Assembly: GCA_947258435.1 (NCBI GenBank)
Contig: CAMYID010000008.1
Coordinates: forward strand, 482-64,481
Length of the DNA: 64,000 nucleotides
Reading direction: 5' to 3'
From: an uncultured Alphaproteobacteria bacterium
GTDB lineage: Bacteria; Pseudomonadota; Alphaproteobacteria; UBA11222
Shown: positions 30,978 to 40,811 of the stretch, piece by piece
Position numbering within the stretch: the first letter of the stretch is position 1
How the letters are laid out: every line of letters begins with the position of its first letter
Program-made: the position numbers and the translations under genes
The notes under the pieces: generated by a model
What the model was told of the DNA's origin: nothing
Database searches by the model: none
Seen by the model: the letters and a program-made list of their open reading frames with translations, nothing else

Positions 30978-32348
30978 CTACAGGGCGAACTCGGCCGGTG
31001 CGATCAGCCCGACAACCGCCCCGGTCATCAATGTCGCAAGGCTGCCCGCGACGATCGAGCGCAGACCGAGCTGCGCGATTTCGCCGCGGCGCTCGGGCAC
31101 CATGCCCGACAACCCGCCGATCATAATGCCAAGACTGCCGAAATTGGCAAAACCGCAAAGCGCATAAACCATGATAAGCCGACTATGCGGGCTTAACTCC
31201 GCGCCAGTCGCACCGACAAGATCGATATAGGCAATCAACTCGTTCAGCACCGTCTTGCTGCCCATCAGCGCGCCCGCGGGCACCGCCTCCTCCCAGGGGA
31301 TACCAATGGACCAGACAAGCGGTGCAAACAGCCAGCCAAGCAGACGTTGCAGACTAAGCGGCGCATCGGCGAATTCGGGTATCGCGGAAAGCAGAAGATT
31401 GATCAGGGCGACAAGCGCGACAAGCACAATCAGCATCGCAATGACATTGGCAAGCAGTACAAGGCCCTGCTGCGTGCCGGCGGTTACCGCATCCATCGCA
31501 CTGCCATAGCGGGGCATTTCAATCTGCTGTGCCGTCTCCTCGGGCTTTGCGGCATCGGCTCTTTCGGGAATCATGATCTGCGCAATCAATATGGCGGCGG
31601 GCAGGGATATCACCGATGCGGTGAGAATATGCCCCAGCGCACCCGGAAGGACAGGGGCCAGGATTGACGCATATAGCACCATCATCGTGCCCGCGACGGT
31701 TGCCATCCCCACACTCATCAGCACAAACAGCTCGCTGCGGCTCATCCGTGCCAGATAGGGGCGGATCATCAGCGGCGCTTCCACCATCCCGGCAAAGATA
31801 TTGACCGCTGCGGCCACGCCCGCCGCACCGCCAAGCGCCAGACCGCGCCGCAACGCCCAGGCAAATCCGCGGACGACCCAGGGCAGAACCCGCCAATGCC
31901 ACAGCAATGCCGACAGCGCAGACATGACAAGGATGAGTGGCAGGGCCTGCAAACCAAGAATGAAACTGGCGGCAGGATCGGATATGGCGAACGGGGCCGC
32001 CCCGCCCCCCAGATAACCGAATACAAAACTGGTGCCTATGCGGGTCGCGTCGGAAAGCGCCTGCACCACACCGTTCAGGGCCAGAAACCCCTCACGCAGC
32101 GCCGGCACCCGCAGCAGGATCATTGCAACGACAAACTGGCCCAGCAATGCAACCAGAACATTACGCCATCTGACCCGGGCGCGCGCCTCGCTCATGAACC
32201 AGGCAAGGCCGATCAATACCGCCAGACCGATAATTCCGTGATCGATAAACCCCCCTAACCCACCGCCTGCAGGCCGTGTGGCAGCTTGACCTTGCGCGCC
32301 CCGTCGGGCAAACAATAGCGCCAAGCGGGACCGGCAGGCCAGCCGCAT
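30978..32348 (-). CDS. NupC/CNT family nucleoside transporter
   Basis: FVFG, NIF.G..EAP, GMATVAG and YALCGFANFGS. Start uncertain and probably near 32246. Confidence 0.9.
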   Translation of the reverse strand: MRLACRSRLALLFARRGAQGQAATRPAGGGLGGFIDHGIIGLAVLIGLAWFMSEARARVRWRNVLVALLGQFVVAMILLRVPALREGFLALNGVVQALSDATRIGTSFVFGYLGGGAAPFAISDPAASFILGLQALPLILVMSALSALLWHWRVLPWVVRGFAWALRRGLALGGAAGVAAAVNIFAGMVEAPLMIRPYLARMSRSELFVLMSVGMATVAGTMMVLYASILAPVLPGALGHILTASVISLPAAILIAQIMIPERADAAKPEETAQQIEMPRYGSAMDAVTAGTQQGLVLLANVIAMLIVLVALVALINLLLSAIPEFADAPLSLQRLLGWLFAPLVWSIGIPWEEAVPAGALMGSKTVLNELIAYIDLVGATGAELSPHSRLIMVYALCGFANFGSLGIMIGGLSGMVPERRGEIAQLGLRSIVAGSLATLMTGAVVGLIAPAEFAL

Positions 32349-32400
32349 TCGCGGTTGGGCGGGTGCCCGGCATTCTCACAGCAGGGACAGGGAGTTTTCA

Positions 32401-33309
32401 ATGACAATCAGGTTCGACGGTAAAGTCGCAATCGTCACAGGTGCGGGTAACGGACTTGGCCGGTCGCACGCTTTGCAGCTTGCCTCACTGGGCGCGAAAG
32501 TCGTCGTCAATGATCTTGGCGGCAATGTGGACGGCACGGGCGGGTCGAGCGAATCTGCCGATCAGGTCGTCGCCGAAATCAAAGCCGCAGGTGGCGAAGC
32601 CATCGCCAACGGGTCGAGCGTGTCCGATGTCACCGGCGTTGACAATCTAGTGAAGCAGACAATGGATGCCTTCGGGCGGATCGACCTGCTGGTCAATAAT
32701 GCGGGTATTCTGCGCGACAAGACTTTTGCGAAGATGAGTGTCGAGGATTTTGATATTGTCGTCGATGTCCATCTGTCGGGTGCTGCCTATGTCACCAAAG
32801 CAGTATGGCCGATCATGCAGGAGCAGAATTACGGTCGTATCGTGATGACCACCTCGGGCAGCGGGCTTTATGGCAATTTCGGTCAGACCAACTATGCCGC
32901 AGCCAAGCTCGGTCAGGTCGGGCTGATGAATTCCCTGAAACAGGAAGGCCGCAAGTACAATATCAAGGTCAATACACTGGCGCCGATCGCGGCCACCCGG
33001 ATGACAGAAAGCCTGATGCCGCCGCAGGCGCTTGAGGCACTGAAGCCGGAACTGGTCACCCCGGCGGTTCTGTTCATGCTGAGTGAAGATGCACCGACCG
33101 GTGCAATCATCACCGCCGGTGCCGGCTTTTACGCCGCAGTCAGGACGATCGAGGCACAGGGTGTACTGATCCCCGGTGAGGTCAGTGCCGATGACGTGGC
33201 CGCGCAATGGGGCGAGATCAGTGACTTCGACAATTACGTGACCTATGAAAGCGTGAATGACGGCACTGGCCGTGTGTTCAAACTGCTTGGCGAAGCGGCC
33301 AAAGGCTGA
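32401..33309 (+). CDS. SDR family oxidoreductase (MFE-2/3-hydroxyacyl-CoA dehydrogenase-like)
   Basis: TGAGNGLG, VNDLG, NNAGILRD, GNFGQTNY.AAK and TRMT. Confidence 0.92.
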   Translation: MTIRFDGKVAIVTGAGNGLGRSHALQLASLGAKVVVNDLGGNVDGTGGSSESADQVVAEIKAAGGEAIANGSSVSDVTGVDNLVKQTMDAFGRIDLLVNNAGILRDKTFAKMSVEDFDIVVDVHLSGAAYVTKAVWPIMQEQNYGRIVMTTSGSGLYGNFGQTNYAAAKLGQVGLMNSLKQEGRKYNIKVNTLAPIAATRMTESLMPPQALEALKPELVTPAVLFMLSEDAPTGAIITAGAGFYAAVRTIEAQGVLIPGEVSADDVAAQWGEISDFDNYVTYESVNDGTGRVFKLLGEAAKG

Positions 33310-33405
33310 TCTGTACCCAAGACCGGTGACGGCAATCGCACCGGCTCGCAGATAACAAACCGGAACAGGCGCTGGCGGATCGGCAATTTCCGCCAGCGCC
33401 TTTTT

Positions 33406-33849
33406 CTATTCAACCGTAATGCTGATCCGTTCGGAATAAACAGGCGGCATATGCGGGATATGGTTGTGATCCCCCAGCAATAGCTGCAGATGGTGGATGC
33501 CAGGCGGCAAGGCAATCTTCGCTTCGGTCTGGCCACCGCCGAAATGCCGGTGCTGCGCATCGCTCGGAATCGGTTCATCGAGTGCCGCACCTTCAGGCAA
33601 ATCCGTATCGATCAGCAGATGATGATGGCCGGTTCCGGCTTTATCGACGCCGGCCGGGGCAACCCCGATACCCGACAAACCAAACCGCACATGCACCTCG
33701 CCTTTCACCGTCTCCCCATCCGATGGCGAGATAAAATAGACCCGCGCCCCTTCAGGTGCCGGTGTCTCCCCTGCCTGCGATGGGACGATACTCCCCATAA
33801 GCAGCATTGCGCAGATTGCCACGGTGACGCGACAAGTCAGATTTCCCAT
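33406..33849 (-). CDS. DUF4399 domain exported protein
   Basis: Signal peptide, VYFISP.DG, TGHHHLLID, HFG.GQTE and GD..H.PH. Confidence 0.85.
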   Translation of the reverse strand: MGNLTCRVTVAICAMLLMGSIVPSQAGETPAPEGARVYFISPSDGETVKGEVHVRFGLSGIGVAPAGVDKAGTGHHHLLIDTDLPEGAALDEPIPSDAQHRHFGGGQTEAKIALPPGIHHLQLLLGDHNHIPHMPPVYSERISITVE

Positions 33850-33893
33850 AAACCGCCTCCTTCCCCTGTCTTTGCTGTGTTTCTGGCCTGCCC

Positions 33894-34589
33894 CTAGCCT
33901 TGCGCGGTATATCCGACTTTGGCAAGCGCTGCGCGAAAGCCCGTTTCCGGGCTACTTAACACCGGAACAGATCCGGCCTCAGCGGCCGCAAGGGCAGGTG
34001 CCATGGATGCCTGCGCCAGAACAATCAGATCAGCCATCGCTGCAACCGCATCGAGGCGCTGCGCGACGGCGGCATGATATTCCGCCAATGCCCCGCTGCA
34101 GAAAAGATCCCACAGCTCCGGGTAACAACAGGTTTGAAGATCAATCTGCCTGCCCGTTTTTTGTGCCGCATCCGAAATCAGCAATTGCGTCGCATGCACC
34201 GCCCCCTCAAGACAACCCATAACGGCAATCCTGCCCGCCTGGGCAATGGCGGCTTCCGCCATCGGGCGATCAAACCGCAAAAACGGTAGATCTTCAGCTT
34301 CGGCAATCGCTTCAGCCAGCGGGCCAAGGGTCGAGCAGGTGCACAGAACAAGCGCTGCCGGCGGTTCGGCCAGCGCGGTCAGGACTGCGCGCGTTCCCGA
34401 TAAAAACCCTGGCGCGCAGCAACCGCCCGGCGCCATGTCCTGCAACAGGTCAGCCCGCACCTCATGATGCAGCTCGACATCTGGCGCAAGCCGGTCGCGC
34501 AGGGTATCGAATGTCGCAATATGCACATCTGACGTATGCAGAAATGCAATGACTGGTGCCTTGGGTGCCTTGGTCGCAGACCCGGACAT
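33894..34589 (-). CDS. Asp/Glu/hydantoin racemase-like protein
   Basis: AFLHT, LCTCSTLG, R.D.PMA and VLAQASMA motifs. Start set at ATG 34589. Confidence 0.7.
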   Translation of the reverse strand: MSGSATKAPKAPVIAFLHTSDVHIATFDTLRDRLAPDVELHHEVRADLLQDMAPGGCCAPGFLSGTRAVLTALAEPPAALVLCTCSTLGPLAEAIAEAEDLPFLRFDRPMAEAAIAQAGRIAVMGCLEGAVHATQLLISDAAQKTGRQIDLQTCCYPELWDLFCSGALAEYHAAVAQRLDAVAAMADLIVLAQASMAPALAAAEAGSVPVLSSPETGFRAALAKVGYTAQG

Positions 34590-34671
34590 GCCGCATCCTT
34601 TCTTGGGCAGGGCCATTGGTTCAGAAGCGGTGCGCCAGATACCCGGCGGGCAATTGCCGCACCCCCTGCTG

Positions 34672-35664
34672 TCAGATAAGCCCCGCAAGCGGTGACGAGG
34701 GATCGGCATAAAGCCGCCTGGGCATGCGCCCCGCAAGATACGCATCGCGCCCCGCAAGCACCGCATGTTTCATTGCCCGCGCCATCCGCACGGGATCGCG
34801 CGCCTCGGCAATCGCGGTATTCATCAGCACACCGTCACAGCCAAGCTCCATCGCTTCAGCCGCATCAGATGCGGTCCCAACCCCCGCATCAACGATGACC
34901 GGCACCTGAGACTGTTCGACAATCAGGCGAATATTGACCGGATTCTGAATACCAAGCCCCGAACCAATCGGCGCGCCAAGCGGCATGATCGCCGCACAAC
35001 CCAGATCCTCAAGTTTTTTGGCGGCAATCGGATCATCCGAACAATATACCATGACCTGAAACCCTTCCCCGATCAGGGCTTCTGCCGCTTTCAACGTTTC
35101 TTCCATTTCCGGATAGAGCGTTTTCTGATCGCCCAGAACCTCCAGCTTCACAAGGTCCCACCCCCCGGCCTCACGCGCCAGCCGCAAAGTCCGCAACGCA
35201 TCATCAGCGGTATAACAACCTGCGGTATTGGGCAGATAGGTATATTTTTTCGGGTTGATATAATCGATCAGCATGGGCTGATCGGGATCGCTGAGATTGA
35301 CCCGGCGCACAGCGACGGTGATCATCTCCACTTCCGCGGCTTCCGCCGCTGCCGCATTCACGGCATAGTCGGCATATTTTCCGGTGCCGATAATCAGCCG
35401 CGAAGCGAAGGTCCGGCCTGCGACGGTCAGCGGCTTGTCGACCGGCGGTGTTTGCGCCGGATCTTCACCGCCACCGATAAAATGCACGATTTCCAGCCGG
35501 TCTCCATCCTTCACCTGAATTATGCCGAATTCCGACCGCGGAACGATTTCCAGATTTCGCTCAACCGCGATCTTGCGCGGATCGAGCCGCAGTGAACGCA
35601 ACAGATGATCGACTGACATGGGCGAAGGAAAATCCTTCCCTTCACCATTGATGGTGACCTGCAT
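34672..35664 (-). CDS. thiG: Fused sulfur carrier ThiS / thiazole synthase ThiG
   Basis: N-terminal ubiquitin-like ThiS ending VHFIGGG, in frame with ThiG ([31 protein letters not shown]). Confidence 0.93.
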   Translation of the reverse strand: MQVTINGEGKDFPSPMSVDHLLRSLRLDPRKIAVERNLEIVPRSEFGIIQVKDGDRLEIVHFIGGGEDPAQTPPVDKPLTVAGRTFASRLIIGTGKYADYAVNAAAAEAAEVEMITVAVRRVNLSDPDQPMLIDYINPKKYTYLPNTAGCYTADDALRTLRLAREAGGWDLVKLEVLGDQKTLYPEMEETLKAAEALIGEGFQVMVYCSDDPIAAKKLEDLGCAAIMPLGAPIGSGLGIQNPVNIRLIVEQSQVPVIVDAGVGTASDAAEAMELGCDGVLMNTAIAEARDPVRMARAMKHAVLAGRDAYLAGRMPRRLYADPSSPLAGLI

Positions 35665-35824
35665 AACTTCCCGCCATGGATACAAAAGTGACGCGGCAGA
35701 TACACGCTGCCGCCTGCATCACTATGTCCCATTCAGCGGCGAAGTTTCAACCGCGCTGATAGACGATGACGAAATTCCCGCGCCTGGCAGGCTTGCCGGC
35801 AAAATGGGGCAAGCCCGCGTCAAA

Positions 35825-36664
35825 TCAGCCCTGGAACAGGGTCAGGATCTGCTGCGGCCGGGAATTGGCGATCTGCAAAGCCTGGGTGCTCAATTGCTGC
35901 TGAATCTGGGTGGCCTGCAGGCGTGCGCTTTCGCGCCCGAGATCCGCATCAACCAACGTTCCGATGCCAACCGTCAGGGAATCCTGCAAGGTCTGCACAA
36001 AATTGCTGTGTGTACTCAAACGCAGCGAGTTGCCGCCAAGGGTTGCCAGCGCACTGGTCACATTCTGCAACATCGTATTGAGCGCGGCGACCTCTGTCTG
36101 TGCGTTTGCGAGACTGGTTACATCACCGAATACCGCAGTAGTGGCAGCCTTCACATCGATGGCAGCAACCGCAATCGCCTTGGTCGGGTCAGCGTCAGGC
36201 TCCGACAGCACATTGAGATTATCCGTCGCAGGCACCGGCGGGCTTTTGTCGATCAGGTTAAAGCCATCAAATGTCGCCGCATCGATAATTGTCGCGACCT
36301 GAGATGCAAAAGCCTGATAGTCCGCATCGATCAACGCACGGCTGGCATTGTCGAGCGACGGGTCGGCGGCCTGCACAGCCTTTGCCTTCATTTCGATGAC
36401 CAGATTGGAAATTGTTTCCATCGCCGCAATAGAAACATCAAGGATGTTGATGCCGCGCTGCACGCTTTGCGCCACCGCGCTGTAAGCATCAAGGTCGGCA
36501 CGCTGCTTCTGGGCAACCGCAAAGGTGCCCGCATCATCTTTCGCATTGCGAACCTTAAGACCGGTCGCGACCCGGTCCTGAATTTCATCGAGATCGCGGT
36601 TCGCTGCATTGAGCTGCTGCAGGGCGACAAGCGCGGATGTATTGGTTTTGATTGAAACAACCAT
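35825..36664 (-). CDS. Flagellin (short alphaproteobacterial type)
   Basis: N-terminal SI.TN..AL.A..ATGLKV..AKDD and C-terminal LVDADL..ESARLQA.Q..QQL..QAL.IAN. Confidence 0.95.
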   Translation of the reverse strand: MVVSIKTNTSALVALQQLNAANRDLDEIQDRVATGLKVRNAKDDAGTFAVAQKQRADLDAYSAVAQSVQRGINILDVSIAAMETISNLVIEMKAKAVQAADPSLDNASRALIDADYQAFASQVATIIDAATFDGFNLIDKSPPVPATDNLNVLSEPDADPTKAIAVAAIDVKAATTAVFGDVTSLANAQTEVAALNTMLQNVTSALATLGGNSLRLSTHSNFVQTLQDSLTVGIGTLVDADLGRESARLQATQIQQQLSTQALQIANSRPQQILTLFQG

Positions 36665-36725
36665 CGGTTTCTCCTGGCTAGAGCATCACGCCATATTCGG
36701 GCATCTGGTCAATTGCTCCCCATAA

Positions 36726-36741
36726 AGCAATTAGCATGCCA
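36726..36741 (-). promoter_or_regulatory. Sigma54 (-24/-12) promoter of the minus-strand flagellin
   Basis: Minus strand reads TGGCATGCTAATTGCT, with GG and GC 12 nt apart. Confidence 0.85.
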
Positions 36742-36757
36742 ACCGGAGAATAAGGTT

Positions 36758-36770
36758 CAATCCATTGATT
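36758..36770 (-). promoter_or_regulatory. IHF binding site
   Basis: Minus strand AATCAATGGATTG matches WATCAANNNNTTR, immediately upstream of the sigma54 promoter. Confidence 0.7.
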
Positions 36771-37016
36771 TCACGCAGTTATTTTTATTTTCATGCCGGC
36801 AGTAACAGAAATTGAGGCAGTTTTTGCCAAGTCGGGGAAATCTGTACCGTGCAGAAGCTGCCGCCTGTCGTGGCAAGATGCGAACACTGTTCGTCTGCCC
36901 GGTTCGGTGCGGATCACCTCCGAGAATGGGAACCCCCCTCCCCATTGGACTGGGGGGCGGCAAGCGGTGGCATGTCGCGGAACAGGATAGGCGCGCCTTT
37001 GGGACGGCAGGGAAAT

Positions 37017-37376
37017 TCAGGCGTCGACCTTCAGCGCAAGACCGGTCACATCGCGCATCTGTGCGATCTGGCGTAACATTTCCTCTGTCGGGAATTGTTT
37101 GATGGTTTCGCCCGACTCGCGGTCGATGGATTTGAAGACAAAGCGGGCTGTGACTTCATCACGGTCAATGGACAGGCGCTGGTTGGACGGGAACCGCTTT
37201 TCCAAAGCGCGATTCAATGCCTCCTCGGCTGCCTGCACGGCATTATCGGGGATCGAGTCAGGAACTGCGGGCGTTTCAGTCCGAACTGCACTGGGGCGGC
37301 TGGCCTGGGCCTGCTTGTCTGCGCGCGTCGGCACATCCAACGCGATTGAGACTGTCGATGTTGCTGCGATGCTCAT
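37017..37376 (-). CDS. flaG: Flagellar protein FlaG
   Basis: C-terminal LSIDRDE....VFK.ID..SGE.IKQFP.EE.L and position in the flagellin locus. Confidence 0.82.
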   Translation of the reverse strand: MSIAATSTVSIALDVPTRADKQAQASRPSAVRTETPAVPDSIPDNAVQAAEEALNRALEKRFPSNQRLSIDRDEVTARFVFKSIDRESGETIKQFPTEEMLRQIAQMRDVTGLALKVDA

Positions 37377-37483
37377 TTTGAACCTCACCACTTCTGTGGC
37401 GCCTGGATGAGAACTCCAATCAGAGTTTAGCTCAACGCTATTGCACCACGAAAAGTGTAAATAGTTCGTAAAGAGCGCGCGAT

Positions 37484-39502
37484 CTATTCGACCGGGGTAA
37501 CAGAAAAAGGCTCAAAAGGCCGGCCCGCCATATATCGCTGCCACATTTCCAGAAGCGCGCGATCAAGATGGCAGCTGTAGCGCGCCGTATCAAATAGCGG
37601 CGCTGCAGGGATTTTTGCGGTAATCTTTTGCTGCAGGGCGATACGCATATCAGGCTGCGTGCCAAGCGCCACGGCCAGTTCCTCATAGGCCTGCAGATCA
37701 TCAACGACAAGCTCGGGAAGTTCCATCGCCCGCAAAATGCTGCCCGCCCCGCGACTGACAAAACTGTGACCGGGACATGTAACAACCGGGCACCCCATCG
37801 ACAGCGCATCGCTGGCGGTCGTCAACGCATTGACCACATCGGTATCAAGAAAAATATCAACCAGCGCATGACGCGCAATATGCGCGGCTTGCGGAACTTT
37901 CGGCGCGAAGACAAGCCGGCTGGCATCGACATTGCGGCGCACAGCCTCTTTACACAGATTCTCGGCCGTCGCCGCATCAGGGTGCAGCAGCCACAAGACA
38001 CTCCGGGGAACACGCTGCAATATCCGCATCCAGCAATCGAACATTCGGGGCGTCAGCTTGTATGTCTGATTGAAGCAGCAAAAGACGACCGCGTCATCGG
38101 GTAACCCGCATTCTGCGCGCGCCGGCAGCATGTCGGCTTTCGGGCGATAGCTGTTCGGCTGATAGCAATCGGGCAAATAGACAAGCCGTTCGGAGTAGAA
38201 AGCCTGCTCCCTGGGCGGAACAACGAAGGCGTCGACAATCGCGTAGTCGATAAAATCGACCCCCATCGTGCCACCAAAGGCCAGATAGTTCACCTGAATC
38301 GGTGCCGGCCTGCGCGCAAAAATGCCCAGCCGATGCCCGAATGTATAGCCTTTACGGTCAATCAGAATATCGATGCCGTCCGCCGCGATCCTTGCCGCCG
38401 CTTCGGCATCGGACAGATCCTGGATATCAATAAAATGATCGACAGCCTGAACAAAACGCCGCCGCTCGGGGGTGTCTTCAACCGGGCCATAGGCATAGGC
38501 ATAAATCTCAAACTGCGAGCGGTCATGCTTTTCCAGTATGGCGGTCATCAGATAGGCCATCGGATGCGCACGGAAATCCATCGACAGATATCCGACACGT
38601 ATTTTCCGGTCATGCGCACGCGGGCTCAGGCGCTGCGGAGCGGCGGCTATTTCCCCATCAGGAATTACGGCGCGGATCACCTCGCCATTGGCGCGCGCGC
38701 AGGCAAGCTGCGCTGCATTGTCTGGTGCGCAAGGCAGCCCCTGAAATGTAAAAGGGTCGACCGCCACACCCGTCCGAACGACCGTATCGACCAGCTCCTG
38801 CGACCACGCTTCAATATCCTGCCAGTCGCACAAATACATCTTGTTCGAGATCAGATTGCACAGAATAGCGGGATTGTCCGGCGCCAGCCGCAAGGCATTG
38901 TCAAGCGACTCCGCCGCCCCCACGCGATCGCCGAGAATAATCTGCGACAGTCCCAGCCCGTGATAAAGCATCGGATTATCCCGGTCATGTACAAGCCCTG
39001 CCCGGTAAACCTCCACCGCCCTGTCATTGCGGTAAAGATGGAACAGGGCCCTGCCCAGCATCTCATAGGCATCCACATAAGCAGGATCATTGTTAATTGC
39101 CTGCTGCAATGCCTGCGCGGCGGGAAAATATTGTCGCAGGCCCATCAGAATTTCCGCCCGGCGATAATGGGATTTGGCGTCAGACGGCTTAAGGGCAATC
39201 GCCTTTTCAAATCCGCTCAGCGCCGCCTCAAGCCGCCCCTGATGCTGCAGCAGGACGGCAAGCGCGTGATGCGCCTCGGCAAAGTCGGGATTAAGATCGA
39301 GCGCGTGACGATAAGCAGCTTCCGCCTCGGTCAACCGCCCTGCTTCATGACACGTAAAGCCTTGCCGCATGGCGGCAACAGCCCGGCGCAATTCTGTTTC
39401 GTCGGCAGCAACAGGAAATTGCGACGAACCGGTATCGGCATGGGCGGCGGCGCGCTGTAGCCGCGCGGTGCGCCTGCGGCGGGAGGGTCTTGCAGCTGTC
39501 AT
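37484..39502 (-). CDS. TPR + GT41 (O-GlcNAc transferase/SPINDLY-like, FlmG-type) glycosyltransferase
   Basis: N-terminal TPRs, IRVGYLS.DFR.HP, PAPIQVNYL, FCCFNQ.YK, FLDT and SR.AGS. Confidence 0.88.
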   Translation of the reverse strand: MTAARPSRRRRTARLQRAAAHADTGSSQFPVAADETELRRAVAAMRQGFTCHEAGRLTEAEAAYRHALDLNPDFAEAHHALAVLLQHQGRLEAALSGFEKAIALKPSDAKSHYRRAEILMGLRQYFPAAQALQQAINNDPAYVDAYEMLGRALFHLYRNDRAVEVYRAGLVHDRDNPMLYHGLGLSQIILGDRVGAAESLDNALRLAPDNPAILCNLISNKMYLCDWQDIEAWSQELVDTVVRTGVAVDPFTFQGLPCAPDNAAQLACARANGEVIRAVIPDGEIAAAPQRLSPRAHDRKIRVGYLSMDFRAHPMAYLMTAILEKHDRSQFEIYAYAYGPVEDTPERRRFVQAVDHFIDIQDLSDAEAAARIAADGIDILIDRKGYTFGHRLGIFARRPAPIQVNYLAFGGTMGVDFIDYAIVDAFVVPPREQAFYSERLVYLPDCYQPNSYRPKADMLPARAECGLPDDAVVFCCFNQTYKLTPRMFDCWMRILQRVPRSVLWLLHPDAATAENLCKEAVRRNVDASRLVFAPKVPQAAHIARHALVDIFLDTDVVNALTTASDALSMGCPVVTCPGHSFVSRGAGSILRAMELPELVVDDLQAYEELAVALGTQPDMRIALQQKITAKIPAAPLFDTARYSCHLDRALLEMWQRYMAGRPFEPFSVTPVE

Positions 39503-39618
39503 GGGGCGATTTAAGCGATATTTGGTTAACAATTCGAAACCGGTCTATGTGCAAATTTTGTTAACCCTTTCAGGCTACATTTCATGAAAATTTCTCAGAC
39601 ACGGGAGCGGGCCGTAAT

Positions 39619-40035
39619 ATGCCCCTGAAACTGTCACTAAAGCCGGGTGAAAAATTCGCAATCAACGGGGCGGTCATCGTCAACAGCGATCGACGCAGCA
39701 CACTGGTGGTCCAGAACAAGGCGTCGATCCTGCGTGAACGCGACATCATGCAGCAGGAAGAAGTCAACAGCCCTGCGCGGCGCATCTACTTCCCGATCAT
39801 GATGATGTATCTCGATGATGCCGGACATGCGCGGTACTATGATGAATTCTCTGCACGGATGAGTGAATTCATGGAGGCTGTCAGCACGCCCGAGATTCTG
39901 AAGCTCTGCGTTGAAATCAGCAAGGATGTAATTAACGGTCAGTTCTACGCCGCCCTGCGTTCATGTCGGCAGCTGATTGAATTTGAGACGGAGTTACTGG
40001 GCGATGAGCCTGCAAGCTTATCAGCGCACGCTTAA
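39619..40035 (+). CDS. flbT: Flagellin translational regulator FlbT
   Basis: MPLKLSLKPGEKF.INGAVI and RRIYF...MMY. Confidence 0.92.
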   Translation: MPLKLSLKPGEKFAINGAVIVNSDRRSTLVVQNKASILRERDIMQQEEVNSPARRIYFPIMMMYLDDAGHARYYDEFSARMSEFMEAVSTPEILKLCVEISKDVINGQFYAALRSCRQLIEFETELLGDEPASLSAHA

Positions 40036-40363
40036 TACCACCGAAGATCCGCGTAACACCGAGTATCGCCTGTTTGCCGAAATCACACGCCAGATGATGG
40101 CAGCGGGGCAGAACGGCACGCGCGATGCTGCGCTGGTTGAAGCGGTCGACCGCAATCGCCGCCTGTGGATTGCGCTGGCAACCGATTGCGCCGATGACAA
40201 TAATCGCCTGCCACCCGAAACCCGCGCGGCGATCATTTCCCTCAGTATCTGGGTGCAGAAATATTCACGCGAGGTTACCCGTGGCGGGGAAGACCTCGAG
40301 GCGCTCATCGATGTAAACCGCACAATCATGAAGGGGCTGCAGCCCGGCGGCGGCACAGCCTGA
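40004..40363 (+). CDS. flaF: Flagellar biosynthesis regulator FlaF
   Basis: MSLQAYQ, PR.TEY.LF, NRRLW, N.LP...RA.IISL and LID.NR.IM.GL. Confidence 0.92.
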   Translation: MSLQAYQRTLNTTEDPRNTEYRLFAEITRQMMAAGQNGTRDAALVEAVDRNRRLWIALATDCADDNNRLPPETRAAIISLSIWVQKYSREVTRGGEDLEALIDVNRTIMKGLQPGGGTA

Positions 40364-40545
40364 GCAGACTTTATCCATCAGGCTCCCCCTGATACCGCCA
40401 CCATTCTCTTATCCCCTCCTCCCCCTTCTGTGGGCAAACTTGGCCCGCTACCCCGCCCATGGCGCAAATTTCAGCTTTTGCCTGCTCTCGACAGACAGAG
40501 CCAACGAACAGGGCAGCAAACAGGAGTAGTGAAGAATATTCCCAT

Positions 40546-40608
40546 CCGGCAAGATCTGCCGGGCAATAATTGCCCCTTCCGGCAGGATTTGCCCGGCAGA
40601 TCTTGCCG
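40546..40608. promoter_or_regulatory. Cluster of ftr-like dyads (putative FlbD enhancer sites)
   Basis: CCGGCAAGATCTGCCGG (40546), CCGGCAGGATTTGCCCGG (40579) and CCGGCAGATCTTGCCG (40593), 120-180 bp upstream of a sigma54 promoter with an AT-rich spacer. Confidence 0.7.
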
Positions 40609-40726
40609 TTTATAATTAATTTAGGATATTTATTTCCATATTTACGGTTAACTTAGATTAACCAACTCAATATTTGCCTAGTATATGGAATAACTTGCCC
40701 ATTAGAACGTTTTTGCCGGGCAAATT

Positions 40727-40742
40727 TGGCATAGCAATTGCG
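40727..40742 (+). promoter_or_regulatory. Sigma54 (-24/-12) promoter of the plus-strand flagellin
   Basis: TGGCATAGCAATTGCG, with GG at 40728-9 and GC at 40740-1. Confidence 0.85.
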
Positions 40743-40811
40743 ACATGTGGCGCGGTCCGAAATGGGCCGTGGCGCATAAGGCGCCGTTAAAATCCAGAAC
40801 GGAGAATTACT

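Noticed and set aside
35665-35824. TPP riboswitch upstream of thiS-thiG
   Set aside because: No GCTGAGA or CCTGA..GATAA..GCG.AGGGA signature was found on the minus strand.
39511-39570. CtrA boxes in the GT41/flbT intergenic region and at 40648-40662
   Set aside because: TTAA half-sites are spaced 11 and 6 nt, not the canonical TTAA-N7-TTAA. Half-site binding is possible but unsupported.
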